A stretch of 64,000 nt of DNA from an uncultured Fibrobacterales bacterium (GTDB lineage: Bacteria > Fibrobacterota > Fibrobacteria > Fibrobacterales > CAWVXU01). The stretch spans positions 30,686 through 94,685 of the forward strand of contig CAWVXU010000001.1 of assembly GCA_963934255.1 (NCBI GenBank). Reading direction: 5' to 3'. The notes beneath the pieces were generated by a model. That model did no database searches. It was given only the letters and a program-made list of their open reading frames with translations, and was not told the DNA's origin. This document shows positions 30,880 through 41,270 of this stretch, one piece after another (the first letter of the stretch is position 1; each line of letters begins with the position of its first letter). The translations under genes and the position numbers were made by a program.

Positions 30880-31456
30880 TGGCTCTTAAAATGTCAGAAC
30901 GCGTTACCATGCCAATGAGTTGTTCTTCTTTATTTAAAATAGGAACACAACCAATGTTTTTTTGGAGCATCAAAAGCGAAATTTTGCGAATAGCTGTTTT
31001 CTCACGAGCACATAGCAAATCTTTGGGAGGGACATACTCCAAAATGGAATGATCAATAGCAGAGTCTGGTGATTGACTTCGCTTAATTTGAATTTTTAAA
31101 ATATCACGATCAGAAATAAGATTGATCACTCGGCCATCCTTGATGATGGGAACATGGCGATATCGTTTATCTTCAAAAAGACTCAAAGCATCTTGTAAGG
31201 TGTCTTCACTTGAAATGGTGGTAACATCTTTGGACATAATATCTTCAGCATAGAATATTTTTTTAACTTTTTTGACACTTGCTTGACGATAAGAATTTAA
31301 AGCAGAATGAAAGACTTGATCGTGGTCTTGTGCTTCTTCTAGATGCTTGTGAAATGCTTCTGATTCTTGTGCTTCTTTTACGGGTCGAAATGATTTCATC
31401 ACACCAGAAAGATCTAGAGGTTTTGAAACATTGTTGGGGTCAATTAAAATAAACAT
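30845..31456 (-). CDS. CBS-pair domain protein
   Basis: AEDIMS, RHVPI, ISDRD, IGCVPI, GMVTRSDIL. Confidence 0.88.
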   Translation of the reverse strand: MFILIDPNNVSKPLDLSGVMKSFRPVKEAQESEAFHKHLEEAQDHDQVFHSALNSYRQASVKKVKKIFYAEDIMSKDVTTISSEDTLQDALSLFEDKRYRHVPIIKDGRVINLISDRDILKIQIKRSQSPDSAIDHSILEYVPPKDLLCAREKTAIRKISLLMLQKNIGCVPILNKEEQLIGMVTRSDILRAIVQFGPIDLWV

Positions 31457-31463
31457 AGGTACT

Positions 31464-31886
31464 CTATTTCAAAATTCTTTGGGTAATATAATATGATTTT
31501 TGATATTCAAGCCATGCATAGATGAGCTTAATATCATAAGGTCGGAGTTCTCTAGAAAGCACATCAATACGCGCTTCAATCTTAGTCCATGATTGTTGCT
31601 TCGCCAAGGCGGTGAGGCTGGCGTCAATATGAGTGACACGCCTAAGTCTTTCAGCGACTGTTTGTGATGCGACACTTTTATAAAAAAGCCATAACAAGAC
31701 ACTTGTAATGGGAAACAAAACCCAAATGCCCCAAATCGGGAATGCTATAGAAAAACCATGCTTTTGACCAAAGGCAATAGCTCCACCTTGATTCGATGCT
31801 ATACCATGCAAAAGCATATGTAAACAAGGTATGAGGGGTGATGCCCGCCAAAACCATTTCCGGTGAATTTTTTTTTCCTCAAACAT
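31464..31886 (-). CDS. Hypothetical membrane protein
   Basis: ORF with two hydrophobic segments ending 7 nt before the CBS gene. Confidence 0.55.
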   Translation of the reverse strand: MFEEKKIHRKWFWRASPLIPCLHMLLHGIASNQGGAIAFGQKHGFSIAFPIWGIWVLFPITSVLLWLFYKSVASQTVAERLRRVTHIDASLTALAKQQSWTKIEARIDVLSRELRPYDIKLIYAWLEYQKSYYITQRILK

Positions 31887-31957
31887 GTGTAGAAATATAC
31901 TTTGTCTTGGGGCGAGAGACTTTTAATTGTCTCAATTATTTTAAAAGCGTGGTGTTT

Positions 31958-32407
31958 ATGTGGGCTATCAAAAGATTTGTGTTTGGTTTTCTCATCTTTG
32001 GGTGGGTCATTCTTGGTTGTGAACCAGAACAAAAACTAGGTGTGGGGATTCATCAATTTCCACCAAGCGAAATCGCCTGGCAAGAATTACAACCAGGGCT
32101 CGAAATCGCCATAGTACATCAAGGAATTGGTGTCAAAGTTAAGAAAAGCGATAAGGTTCAAGTGCACTATACGGCTTGGTATGAGGATGGTCATATGATA
32201 GATTCTTCTATTAAGAAGGGCCGAGCCTATCGGTTTAAAGTCGGAGTGGGTCGAGTTATCAAAGCCTGGGATTTGAGTTTAGTGGAAGTGACTAAAGGAA
32301 GTGAATACTATTTACGTTCAAATTCTGATTTCGCCTTTGGTGATGGCAAAGAGGACAATGTACGTGGGTTTGTGACTGTTATTTTTGGAATCAAGTTGAT
32401 GAATTAA
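31958..32407 (+). CDS. FKBP-type peptidyl-prolyl isomerase lipoprotein
   Basis: ILGC lipobox; VQVHYTAW..DG..IDSS; VGRVIKAWD. Confidence 0.85.
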   Translation: MWAIKRFVFGFLIFGWVILGCEPEQKLGVGIHQFPPSEIAWQELQPGLEIAIVHQGIGVKVKKSDKVQVHYTAWYEDGHMIDSSIKKGRAYRFKVGVGRVIKAWDLSLVEVTKGSEYYLRSNSDFAFGDGKEDNVRGFVTVIFGIKLMN

Positions 32408-32457
32408 TAAGTCAATCTAAGGGTTCACAGCTAAATTTATTTGGTTGATTGAGCCTG

Positions 32458-32937
32458 TTATTTAGTCTGAGGTGGTGGGATTTGCATCTCTCGAAAACGA
32501 TCCAAAAGCTCATTCATTTGAGTGGCTTCGGCTTTTGTAAAATTGGAATAAATAGGATGTGCTTCATCAAAATTAATGGTACAACTAATTTTGTCAATAA
32601 ACTTTAGACCATTTTCAGTATTTTGAATATAGATAACACGACGATCTTGATCACATCTTTTGCGCTCTACCCAACCTTTGTCAATAAGCTTGTCAACGAG
32701 TCGAGTCATATTAGGCGATTTGTCGAGCATGCGACTTTTGATATCATGAACTTTCATCCATGAACCATTGCCCCTAAGTATACGCAAGATATTGTACTGT
32801 TGCGGTGATATATTAAAAGGCTGAAACATCTCTACTTGTTTAGCCGAAACCCAGCTTGAAGTAAACATAAGATTAACCCAGAGCTTTGTGAACTCATCAG
32901 GGAACTGTGTTTGAACTTCATCGTCTATTTTAGCCAT
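32458..32937 (-). CDS. MarR family transcriptional regulator
   Basis: QQYNILRILRG, RMLDKSPNMTRLVDKL, DRRVI. Confidence 0.93.
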   Translation of the reverse strand: MAKIDDEVQTQFPDEFTKLWVNLMFTSSWVSAKQVEMFQPFNISPQQYNILRILRGNGSWMKVHDIKSRMLDKSPNMTRLVDKLIDKGWVERKRCDQDRRVIYIQNTENGLKFIDKISCTINFDEAHPIYSNFTKAEATQMNELLDRFREMQIPPPQTK

Positions 32938-32943
32938 AATACA

Positions 32944-32971
32944 AAAGTAGTTTACATGTAAAATAAGTCAA
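32944..32971 (-). promoter_or_regulatory. marR promoter with operator between -35 and -10
   Basis: Minus strand TTGACT-16nt-TACTTT-6nt-ATG; GTTTACATGTAAAa at 32950-32963. Confidence 0.75.
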
Positions 32972-32984
32972 GTTATACTTTGAT

Positions 32985-34028
32985 TTATATGAAAATATTC
33001 TTGTCTGGCAATTCTGTCGAAGGTCCATAGATTTCTATGCGGGATTGAGCAATATTGAGTAATTCTGTAGTATCAGCTTCCTCGGAAGTTTTAGCTGATC
33101 CATAGGAAAACGCAAGCGCAGGGAAACTGTTATTTTGCAATTCGTGCGCCAGGAACATTAAAGAAGCTTCTATACCGCCTTCAAGAATTTCTGTGGGCGC
33201 CCAAACTCCAAACTGTGACCCATTAAGTCGAAGGAGTTCGCAGTTATGTGGGAAGGAGATGCGCATGGCGTTTGCAAATGCCTTTAACACTTCGTTACTA
33301 AAATCCCAACCATGCTTTTCATTGATGAATTTAAGGCCATGGACCTCAATCACAACTATGATATAATCGATATCTTGACGTCGTATTTTGTTTTGATTTT
33401 TAAGAAAAAACTGAGTTCCAAAGTAGGTGAGATCATCATGTTCTGCAATAAATAGGGCTTCTTTAAGGCTTTCCTGTTCTTTTCGTAGAAAATGGAAAGC
33501 TAGCGCGATTGAGCCAAATATAGAAATGCACACGCTAATCATAATTATTGATAACATAATGCGAGGAGGTAGATCTGTATTAATAAGTGGAATAGGGTTG
33601 ATCTTACTTTCATAAAATAGCCACAAAAAAGCAGTACCTACTGAGAGAGAATTCCTCCACAGAGCTTCTTGTGAATTAAACAGCATTTGGATGCCAACAA
33701 CACCCACGATAAGAAGGTATTGAATAGCAAATTCAGGCCCTAGTCTAGAGGCATAATAAAAAGTTCCTAGAATAAAGGTAAATAGTAAAAGTCCGCGAGC
33801 AAGTCCATGTAATCCGCTAGCATTGAGAAAAATGACAATTGCGTAAGCTAAGCTAACAGGTAGAAGAAAAAGTCCCATTTCTTCAAAACCGAACCAAAAA
33901 TAAAAAGGACTAATGGCTGCACAAGCAATAGCTAAATAGAAAGAACAGAGATTAGAAAAACTAATTTGACTAAAAAGCTCTTGAGGTGTGTTTGGGCTAA
34001 TCCCCATTTTTGAAATTCTATCTAACAT
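32985..34028 (-). CDS. Membrane protein with degenerate GGDEF domain
   Basis: About 6 TM; HDDLT, LKFINEKHGW, RLNGSQF in place of RxGGDEF. Confidence 0.8.
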   Translation of the reverse strand: MLDRISKMGISPNTPQELFSQISFSNLCSFYLAIACAAISPFYFWFGFEEMGLFLLPVSLAYAIVIFLNASGLHGLARGLLLFTFILGTFYYASRLGPEFAIQYLLIVGVVGIQMLFNSQEALWRNSLSVGTAFLWLFYESKINPIPLINTDLPPRIMLSIIMISVCISIFGSIALAFHFLRKEQESLKEALFIAEHDDLTYFGTQFFLKNQNKIRRQDIDYIIVVIEVHGLKFINEKHGWDFSNEVLKAFANAMRISFPHNCELLRLNGSQFGVWAPTEILEGGIEASLMFLAHELQNNSFPALAFSYGSAKTSEEADTTELLNIAQSRIEIYGPSTELPDKNIFI

Positions 34029-34218
34029 GAAAACCTATTATGATTTCTCAATGTAAATTGAGAGTGAAATATCATCTTTTATTAAATTAGCTTAAAGTCT
34101 TTTATTAAATCATTTTTTTAGATTCAATGCGTGAAGTTAGTTGAGAAAAAAATATCACCTTATTATAGTTTATTGTCTTCAAAAAAAAGCTTTAACCTTC
34201 TTTAACCGTCTAAGAGGC

Positions 34219-35067
34219 ATGATGATTTTATTTATTTTACTTCTTTGCATCAGTGTATCAGCAAAAACTTGTGCTCTATTCTCTAGTCCCAAATTTAAAC
34301 GCTGTAAAATATATCAAGGGCCCAAGCTAGATATTAATGATTTTGATATTTACCAAAAGGGTGCTCACGACAAGCTATCTGAGCTCTTGCGCACCCATCA
34401 AAAAACTCATACATACACATGCCTATGGATGGCTATTGCTGACACTGATCAAGAAACCTTGGACTCACTCTCTTTGACACTTTGGTATAAATCAACATCA
34501 ATTAAGATTAAAAGTCGCGATTGTGGGCAAAACGACCCTAATGCATGGAACAGAGAGCATATCTGGGCCAAATCAAGAGGTTTTCCTAAGAAAAAGTCAC
34601 TTGCCTATAGAGACTTACACCACATTAGAGCTTCTGATCGGAGCCTGAATACTTGGAGAAGTAATAGATATTTTGCAGAATTTAGTGAGAGTGAAGAGTT
34701 GATGCTCAAGAGAAACCAAGAATGCCCTCAAGGGTGCTTTAGAGATAAGACTTATTTCGAGCCACCGGCTTGGCGTAAAGGGGATATTGCTCGAGCCCTG
34801 CTTTATATGGATCTGAGATATGATGGCCATCCCAAGGATAAAACTCCCGATTTACAAATTTTAGTGGACTATCCTGATAGAGTAAGTAAAGCAAGATACT
34901 GGGGTGGACTTTGTACTTTACTCAACTGGCACAACGAGGATCCACCTGATGAATTAGAGAATTACCGGCATAGCGTGATCCAAGAATGGCAAGGAAATCC
35001 AAATCCTTTTATTTTGAAGCCTAGGTGGGCGGATATATTGTATGGGTCTTCGTGTAAAAAACTATAA
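34219..35067 (+). CDS. Exported endonuclease I family (His-Me finger) nuclease
   Basis: Signal peptide; WNREHIWAKSRG, DLHHIR, KGDIARALLYMDLRY, QGNPNPF. Confidence 0.9.
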   Translation: MMILFILLLCISVSAKTCALFSSPKFKRCKIYQGPKLDINDFDIYQKGAHDKLSELLRTHQKTHTYTCLWMAIADTDQETLDSLSLTLWYKSTSIKIKSRDCGQNDPNAWNREHIWAKSRGFPKKKSLAYRDLHHIRASDRSLNTWRSNRYFAEFSESEELMLKRNQECPQGCFRDKTYFEPPAWRKGDIARALLYMDLRYDGHPKDKTPDLQILVDYPDRVSKARYWGGLCTLLNWHNEDPPDELENYRHSVIQEWQGNPNPFILKPRWADILYGSSCKKL

Positions 35068-35074
35068 TTAATAC

Positions 35075-36277
35075 ATGAAAATATTACATACCTCCGATTG
35101 GCATCTCGGCCAGATTTACAAAAATCAAAACAGAGAACATGAGCATCAATTATTCTTGGATTGGCTTATCTCTTATCTTCAAACTGATGATGGCATGCAA
35201 GTTGATGTTTTGCTCATTGCAGGCGACATCTTTGATGTTGGTAATCCTTCCAATTCAGCCAAGAAGCAATATTTTAATTTCTTGATAAAAGCGTCGCAAA
35301 CGAGTCTCAAGAAAATAATTGTTGTGGCGGGCAATCACGATTATGCCTCCACTCTCGAAGCACCTAGCGAAGTTTTAGCTGCTATTGATATTCACGTGGT
35401 CGGCGGCCTCTATGGTGATTATGACAAGGCAGTAGTAGACTTGCCTAATGCCAAAAATATTCCTACCAGAATCTTCTGTGCTCCCTTTCTTCGAGCCAGT
35501 GATCTGCTCAGTGTTGAAGGCGATGAAAGCATTGACTCGGCTATCAAAAGATCTACAAAGACAGCATATACTCAGGGACTCAAGGCTCTTCGTAAAAACA
35601 ATTTTAATGGTCTTGCTTTGGCAACTGGTCATCTCTATGCTGCGGGTTCAGAAAACAATTCTGACTCAGTCAGAGATATTCAAATTGGAAATCAAGGTGT
35701 GGTCAAAGTGGAGAGCTTTGGTGATGGTTTTGATTATGTCGCATTAGGTCATTTGCACCGCCCTCAAAGAGTAGCTGGTCAAGACCATATTCGATATAGT
35801 GGATCGCCGATAGCGCTGAGCTTTAGTGAATATGAAGACATCAAATCCATGTGTGTGGTAGAATGGGATTCTGTTGACTCTAAGCCTCAAATTAGTGAAG
35901 TAGAGATTCCGCTTTTTAGAAGAATGATCAGAGTCATAGGCAGTCGTGCAGATGTCACCACTAAGCTCAAAGAAATTCAGGCAGAAGATGCGAGCCAGGA
36001 CAAGCTGGAGTCATGGATTGAGATAATCTTACCCGATGAAGCCCCTGATGCGGTTTTAGCAGCCGATTTCAGACAGCTAGCAAGTGAACTCGGTCTAAAA
36101 GTATTTGGTGTACAGATGCAAAAGGCACTTGCTCAAACTCAGTTTCGAGCACATCAAAGACTTGAGGAATTATCACCTATTGAAGTGATGAAGGTGGTAC
36201 TTGAAGAAAGACCTGATCAAGAGGAGCTTCTCAAAGTATTTCATGAACTCCTACAAAAGAACTTGGAGGAAAAATGA
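35075..36277 (+). CDS. sbcD: Exonuclease SbcCD subunit D
   Basis: LHTSDWHLG, AGDIFD, GNHD, ALGHLH, RYSGSP. Confidence 0.95.
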   Translation: MKILHTSDWHLGQIYKNQNREHEHQLFLDWLISYLQTDDGMQVDVLLIAGDIFDVGNPSNSAKKQYFNFLIKASQTSLKKIIVVAGNHDYASTLEAPSEVLAAIDIHVVGGLYGDYDKAVVDLPNAKNIPTRIFCAPFLRASDLLSVEGDESIDSAIKRSTKTAYTQGLKALRKNNFNGLALATGHLYAAGSENNSDSVRDIQIGNQGVVKVESFGDGFDYVALGHLHRPQRVAGQDHIRYSGSPIALSFSEYEDIKSMCVVEWDSVDSKPQISEVEIPLFRRMIRVIGSRADVTTKLKEIQAEDASQDKLESWIEIILPDEAPDAVLAADFRQLASELGLKVFGVQMQKALAQTQFRAHQRLEELSPIEVMKVVLEERPDQEELLKVFHELLQKNLEEK

Positions 36278-39200
36278 AAATACTCAGCCTCAAACTTAAT
36301 GGGATTAATTCTATCGTGGGTAAATCAGCTGCCTCAATAGATTTTGAAAACACAAAAATCGCAAGCCAAGGACTTTTTGCTATTACTGGTCCAACAGGCT
36401 CAGGCAAATCAACTCTTTTAGATGCAATCTCGCTGGCTATTTATGGTTACACCCCAAGACTCGGCAAAGTTGCTCCGAGTAATGTCAGTGAAATACTCAA
36501 TCGAAAAAGCGTTGAAGGTTTTGCTGAGATTGAGTACATGGTCGATGGCGAACGTTATTTATCTCGATGGTCCGCCCATCGTGCGAACAAAAAGCTGACC
36601 GGCAACATCAGGACTGAAGTAATCCTTCAACATCTTCAGGGTGAAGACTGGGTTGTACTTCAAAGTGGGCTTGAACCCTGGCGCAAAGAAAACGAAACCC
36701 GTACAGGGCTGAGTTTTAAAAATTTCAAGTACTCTATTCTGCTGGCTCAAGGTCAGTTTGCAGATTTCATTCAAGGTAGTGATGTTGAAAAAGCTGAAAT
36801 TCTTAAAACGCTCACACATACTGATGAGTTTTCAGAGCTTGGCCGTATGTGTTTTCAAGTCCATAAGGACCTTGCCACTGAGCTTAAAGTGCTTACTGCC
36901 GATGCTGACATCCAAAACGACGACCTCTATACGGCTGATGAACTCATCGATACCAAAAAAGAAATTGAAAATATATATGAGAATCAAAGTCAAGTCAAAG
37001 ATAAATTAGAAAGATCAAGACTTTGGTTGGAAGAGGAAAAAACCTGGGCCGAACTTTTGATAGAACAAAAATCCTTTGATGAATTGTCAAATAAATTTAA
37101 GATTGAGCTAGATGAATTTAAAACTGAGCAAGAAAAATTAATTCAACATCGGCGTGTAGAAAAACTAGTTCCACTCGATCAAGACTTAAATTCAATTTCA
37201 GAAAGATTAGTCCAAGCTGGCGCTGTTTTAAAATCTGCACAAGAAGATCAGGAAGTCTTACTTCACAAAGTTGAAGACGTTGAGAATCAATTGAATCTAT
37301 TTCAAGCTGAAGAAGCACTACTAAAACAGACAACCCTAGAGTTTCGCGAGTGGAGTGAAAAGGTCCGAGCTCCAACTCAAAAGATTGAACACCTGAAATC
37401 TCAAAATAGTGAGGCACAAGAGAGTTTAGACCAAAGCTTGATTGAACAAAAAAAATGGAAAACTAATGGCGATGACCTCAAACTAGAAATTGAGACCATT
37501 GAAAGTCAAATGTCAGATATTGGCCGTTGGATTGCACTCTATCCCAATGGTTTAAGTTTGAAGTCACAATTAGGTCCCTGGATAGGTGAAATAGCCCAGG
37601 AGCTCAATCGTTGTAAAGATATTTCAAATGAGGAACAAAAACTCAAAGACCTCAGGGTGTCTCTATCTGAGGCGCACTCAAAATCAAATGATCAGCTTAG
37701 AGATATTGAACCTGTTCGCAAAAAAATTGACCTACAAAAAACTAAGATTGAAACTCTCGAAGATTTGATTCAGGAAAACAAGTCTCGTTCAGAAAATAAA
37801 AAATCTGAAATGGAGTCTAATCAGCACAATCTACAGCAAGAATTAGTAGAGGCAACTGAATATTCAGAGCTTGAGATGGAGATGAATCTTCTCCTTGAAA
37901 ATCTGAAAAATTACCGGGATCAACTTTCTAGCCTAGATCAAAAACAAAAGTCTCTTGATACTAAGAAAATTGCAGCGAATAATTTGCGTAATTCTAGGTT
38001 TGATTTGGTGAAAACCAAAAAAGAGATTCTCAAATTACTTGCCTTCAAGCATTTGCTAGAAAAGGATGAACCATGCCCTCTTTGTGGTGGTTTGGATCAT
38101 GATGGAAAGCATGGTAATGTCCCTCAAGATCTTATTGAATTTGAATTAGATTTGACCCAAGCCGAAAACGCCCTTTTAGAAATTGAAACAGAAGCAAAGC
38201 TTCTTTTAGATTCTCAAAATAAAACTAGTTTTGACCATAAATCAACAGATGAACGAGTAGAATTTTTAAAGAACAAACTTGAATTTGAAGGCGGACCTTT
38301 AAGGTGGGCTCATAGGTTAGCAGTCAAGCAAGAAGAGTTTAAAATCCATGAAGTCTCCTATCAAGAGTATTTAAAAGATTTAAAAGAGCAAGAAAATAAG
38401 GCTGTAGAGCTTCGTAGGATGAAGGCTGAAAATATCAGGTTTGAAATTGAAAGTGAAGACAGTGAAATTGCTATTCTAGAAAGTCAGAAACGTATAGATA
38501 AATTAGAATGGACTTTAGATGAACAAAAAAGTAAATTAGAGTTTGATCAAAAATGGTTAGTAACTCAAAATAAGAAATGGTCAAGTCGTCTTTTGTCTCC
38601 GTCTTTTCAAGGGTGGAAAGGTCTTCGTGAACTTAAGACATACAAGGATCGTGAAGTTTTTCAATCAGAGGCTGAGCTTTGGCTTAAAGATTTTGAAGAT
38701 AAAAACCGGATTAAACTAGAACAACAGAAATTACACCATGGTAAGCAAGTTGAACAAAGACAAATTAAAGCAGCTGGTGGCCAGATAGAAACGAGACTAC
38801 TTCAAGCTCAATCTAAATTTGATAAACTCAATACCGAACTTGAGCAAGCAGTTGTTGGTTTAACTCAATTGTTAAACGGAAGAGTCGTTGATGAAGAGGC
38901 TCAAAAGCTAAAAGTTAAAGAAGAAATACTGACTAAAACCAAGTCACACCTTGAAGTGAGTCACAATGAACTCCAAAAATCAAAAGCAGCTTTAGCTCAA
39001 ACTATTGAACTAAAATCTTTAGAATTTGAAAATTTAAATAAACAATTTATATCCAAAGACATTCAGTTTAAGCAAAGATTAAATGGTCTTGAGATTAAAT
39101 CAATTGAGATATTTAGAACATTACTTCTAGCAAGTGCCGACCATGAGTCACTGACTTCTCAAGAACAGAAAATGCGAGAAGAGGAAATACGGCTTTCTGA

Positions 39201-39966
39201 ATCTCAAAAAAGTATCCAACACAGGACTCATAAGTGTCTTGTCGAAATCAAGCAAGCATGGGGTCGATTTAAAGAAGAGGAATTTGAAGTTTTCGAGAAT
39301 ACAGCTCAGATTTTCTGTGAAAAGTTTAATAAACAAATTGAAATACTCAACAAAAAACTTTGGCATTTACAGGCCAAAATAAAACTACATGAAGAACTTC
39401 AAGATGAGATGGGTGAGCTCCTAAAGAAAATTAAATCCAAAGAAAAAGAGAAAAATCGTTGGGGTAAATTAGAAAGCTTAATCGGTGGTGCCGATGGCGC
39501 CAAGTTTAACCAAATAGCTCAGAGCCTTAATTTACGTCGCCTTATTATAGAAGCTAATGAATTCCTTAGACAGCTTAGTAGCCGTTATACTCTAGAAGTA
39601 GATGATAGCCAGGAAATATTTGGTCTCAAACTCATCGTAATTGATCAGGAACAAGATTATCAAGTAAGACAATTAGTCAACTTATCTGGAGGCGAGACCT
39701 TCCAACTGAGCCTTGCTCTTGCTCTAGGTTTAAGTGAACTATCAAGTGGTGGTTGTCAGTTAGAATCATTATTTATCGATGAAGGCTTTGGTACTCTGGA
39801 CCAAGAGACACTCGCACAAGTACTTGTGGCACTTCAAGGGCTCAAGGCCACAGGTAAGACTGTAGGGATCATCACACATGTGAGTGGCATCAGAGAACAC
39901 ATCCCTTATGGCGTGGAGTTAAAAGTACACGTTGGCGGCAGGGGCGAAGTCGTCATCTTAGATTAA
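36274..39966 (+). CDS. sbcC: Exonuclease SbcCD subunit C (Rad50-like)
   Basis: GPTGSGKS, LAQGQF, coiled coil, CPLCG zinc hook, LSGGE, FIDEGFGTLD, IITH. Confidence 0.95.
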   Translation: MKILSLKLNGINSIVGKSAASIDFENTKIASQGLFAITGPTGSGKSTLLDAISLAIYGYTPRLGKVAPSNVSEILNRKSVEGFAEIEYMVDGERYLSRWSAHRANKKLTGNIRTEVILQHLQGEDWVVLQSGLEPWRKENETRTGLSFKNFKYSILLAQGQFADFIQGSDVEKAEILKTLTHTDEFSELGRMCFQVHKDLATELKVLTADADIQNDDLYTADELIDTKKEIENIYENQSQVKDKLERSRLWLEEEKTWAELLIEQKSFDELSNKFKIELDEFKTEQEKLIQHRRVEKLVPLDQDLNSISERLVQAGAVLKSAQEDQEVLLHKVEDVENQLNLFQAEEALLKQTTLEFREWSEKVRAPTQKIEHLKSQNSEAQESLDQSLIEQKKWKTNGDDLKLEIETIESQMSDIGRWIALYPNGLSLKSQLGPWIGEIAQELNRCKDISNEEQKLKDLRVSLSEAHSKSNDQLRDIEPVRKKIDLQKTKIETLEDLIQENKSRSENKKSEMESNQHNLQQELVEATEYSELEMEMNLLLENLKNYRDQLSSLDQKQKSLDTKKIAANNLRNSRFDLVKTKKEILKLLAFKHLLEKDEPCPLCGGLDHDGKHGNVPQDLIEFELDLTQAENALLEIETEAKLLLDSQNKTSFDHKSTDERVEFLKNKLEFEGGPLRWAHRLAVKQEEFKIHEVSYQEYLKDLKEQENKAVELRRMKAENIRFEIESEDSEIAILESQKRIDKLEWTLDEQKSKLEFDQKWLVTQNKKWSSRLLSPSFQGWKGLRELKTYKDREVFQSEAELWLKDFEDKNRIKLEQQKLHHGKQVEQRQIKAAGGQIETRLLQAQSKFDKLNTELEQAVVGLTQLLNGRVVDEEAQKLKVKEEILTKTKSHLEVSHNELQKSKAALAQTIELKSLEFENLNKQFISKDIQFKQRLNGLEIKSIEIFRTLLLASADHESLTSQEQKMREEEIRLSESQKSIQHRTHKCLVEIKQAWGRFKEEEFEVFENTAQIFCEKFNKQIEILNKKLWHLQAKIKLHEELQDEMGELLKKIKSKEKEKNRWGKLESLIGGADGAKFNQIAQSLNLRRLIIEANEFLRQLSSRYTLEVDDSQEIFGLKLIVIDQEQDYQVRQLVNLSGGETFQLSLALALGLSELSSGGCQLESLFIDEGFGTLDQETLAQVLVALQGLKATGKTVGIITHVSGIREHIPYGVELKVHVGGRGEVVILD

Positions 39967-40746
39967 AAGGCGAGTTACTTTGGCTGCTACTTGAAGGTTG
40001 ATGACTTTAACTTCTAATTTGAGTTCTTCTTTGATCCAACGGAAGTTTTTGATTTGTTCTGGCGTGAGTGGTGTAGGAGCCTTATTTTCATGATAATCGA
40101 ATTCTGGGCTATAAGCATCTCGGACATGGACAAAGTATTTATGGCTAAAGTCTGCTGTGTAAAATAAAAGTGGTGGCAAACCATGGCGCCCATCATCAAA
40201 AATGATTTTACGTATTTGGGCGACTTCAGCTTCCTTGAAAAGTGCACCCAAAATCATTTGCTTGGATTGATGAGCGTTGTGAGTATAATTACCACAAAGG
40301 CAGCTATGGCCAAATTTTTGATGAATCAATATAGCACCGAGCCACTCTCTGAAAAAGTGCAACTTTTGACCGCGATGTCCTAAGACGAGTTCTTCATCAT
40401 TTTGATCAAAGAGCGTCGGATATTGGTCCATCCACTCTTGTACCAAACTACCATCAGAAAACATATGTTTATAGGCTGGCGGATAAGTGTGCCAATACTC
40501 TTCGGAAAAAAGTTTTGTAGGGTCTTTGAAAGGTGAAGGAAAAAGTTGGAATTTCTTTTTAAGCGCTAGGCTGAGCCTTGCTTGATTTAAATCCCCGACA
40601 AGTGTCAGGTTAATATGCTTGATACTAAAGCTTTTAAAACCTTCATTGGCGAAATGAACTTCAATTTTACCATTTGGTAAAGCAGTGACCTCTCCAATAC
40701 CCCATTCAGGCTTTTTGGGATGAGTGACTTTGTCTCCGACTTTCAT
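39958..40746 (-). CDS. DUF3553 domain protein with degenerate VRR-NUC-like C-terminus
   Basis: VGDKVTHPKKPEWGIGEV...V.F.NEG; GLPPLL...FVHVR...LTPEQ. Confidence 0.6.
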   Translation of the reverse strand: MKVGDKVTHPKKPEWGIGEVTALPNGKIEVHFANEGFKSFSIKHINLTLVGDLNQARLSLALKKKFQLFPSPFKDPTKLFSEEYWHTYPPAYKHMFSDGSLVQEWMDQYPTLFDQNDEELVLGHRGQKLHFFREWLGAILIHQKFGHSCLCGNYTHNAHQSKQMILGALFKEAEVAQIRKIIFDDGRHGLPPLLFYTADFSHKYFVHVRDAYSPEFDYHENKAPTPLTPEQIKNFRWIKEELKLEVKVINLQVAAKVTRLLI

Positions 40747-40802
40747 TATTTACTCTCCGACTTTTTTGTTTAAATTTTTGACCGACTAGGCATATTGTAA
40801 AA

Positions 40803-41270
40803 TTAAATCTGAGGAAAACCTAACATTTGTAGATTACCTTTTACCCAATCAAAATCCAAGAACCTTTTCCCAATGAGGTATTCTAGATATCGCTCAGCTT
40901 TTAGAGCATGACTTTGTTGGATTGAATTTAAATGAGAGGATTTACTTGGGTTGTTAAAATACTGCTTGATATTCAACTCAATAATTGAGTCCTTGGGGAA
41001 AACAAAAATAATCTCACCATACTTTTCATCACCCTGGGTGACGAGTTGACTCGGTTTGGGATCCAAAATAACATCATGAATCTCTTGAGTTCCAGGGATT
41101 GATTGTGGGAGGGCAACCCTAAAACGTCCTTGTCCGACATCTTTTTGTTTAAAGCGATATTTGATTTCGAAGTAAGGTGATTTTGCCTTGCTCTCTTGTG
41201 ATTGGCATGATATCAATAGAGAGCTTACAAGAATGAAGAGGCAGATAACTAAGTATGATATTTTCATCAT
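40803..41270 (-). CDS. Lipoprotein resembling a transglutaminase-like N-terminal region; possibly truncated
   Basis: LISC lipobox; VALPQSIPGTQEI..V.LDPKP; LKAERYLE; no catalytic core follows. Confidence 0.4.
   Translation of the reverse strand: MMKISYLVICLFILVSSLLISCQSQESKAKSPYFEIKYRFKQKDVGQGRFRVALPQSIPGTQEIHDVILDPKPSQLVTQGDEKYGEIIFVFPKDSIIELNIKQYFNNPSKSSHLNSIQQSHALKAERYLEYLIGKRFLDFDWVKGNLQMLGFPQI

Noticed and set aside
31799..32032. 77-aa minus ORF as a frameshifted N-terminus of 31464-31886
   Set aside because: Largely antisense to the FKBP lipoprotein start; likely a shadow ORF
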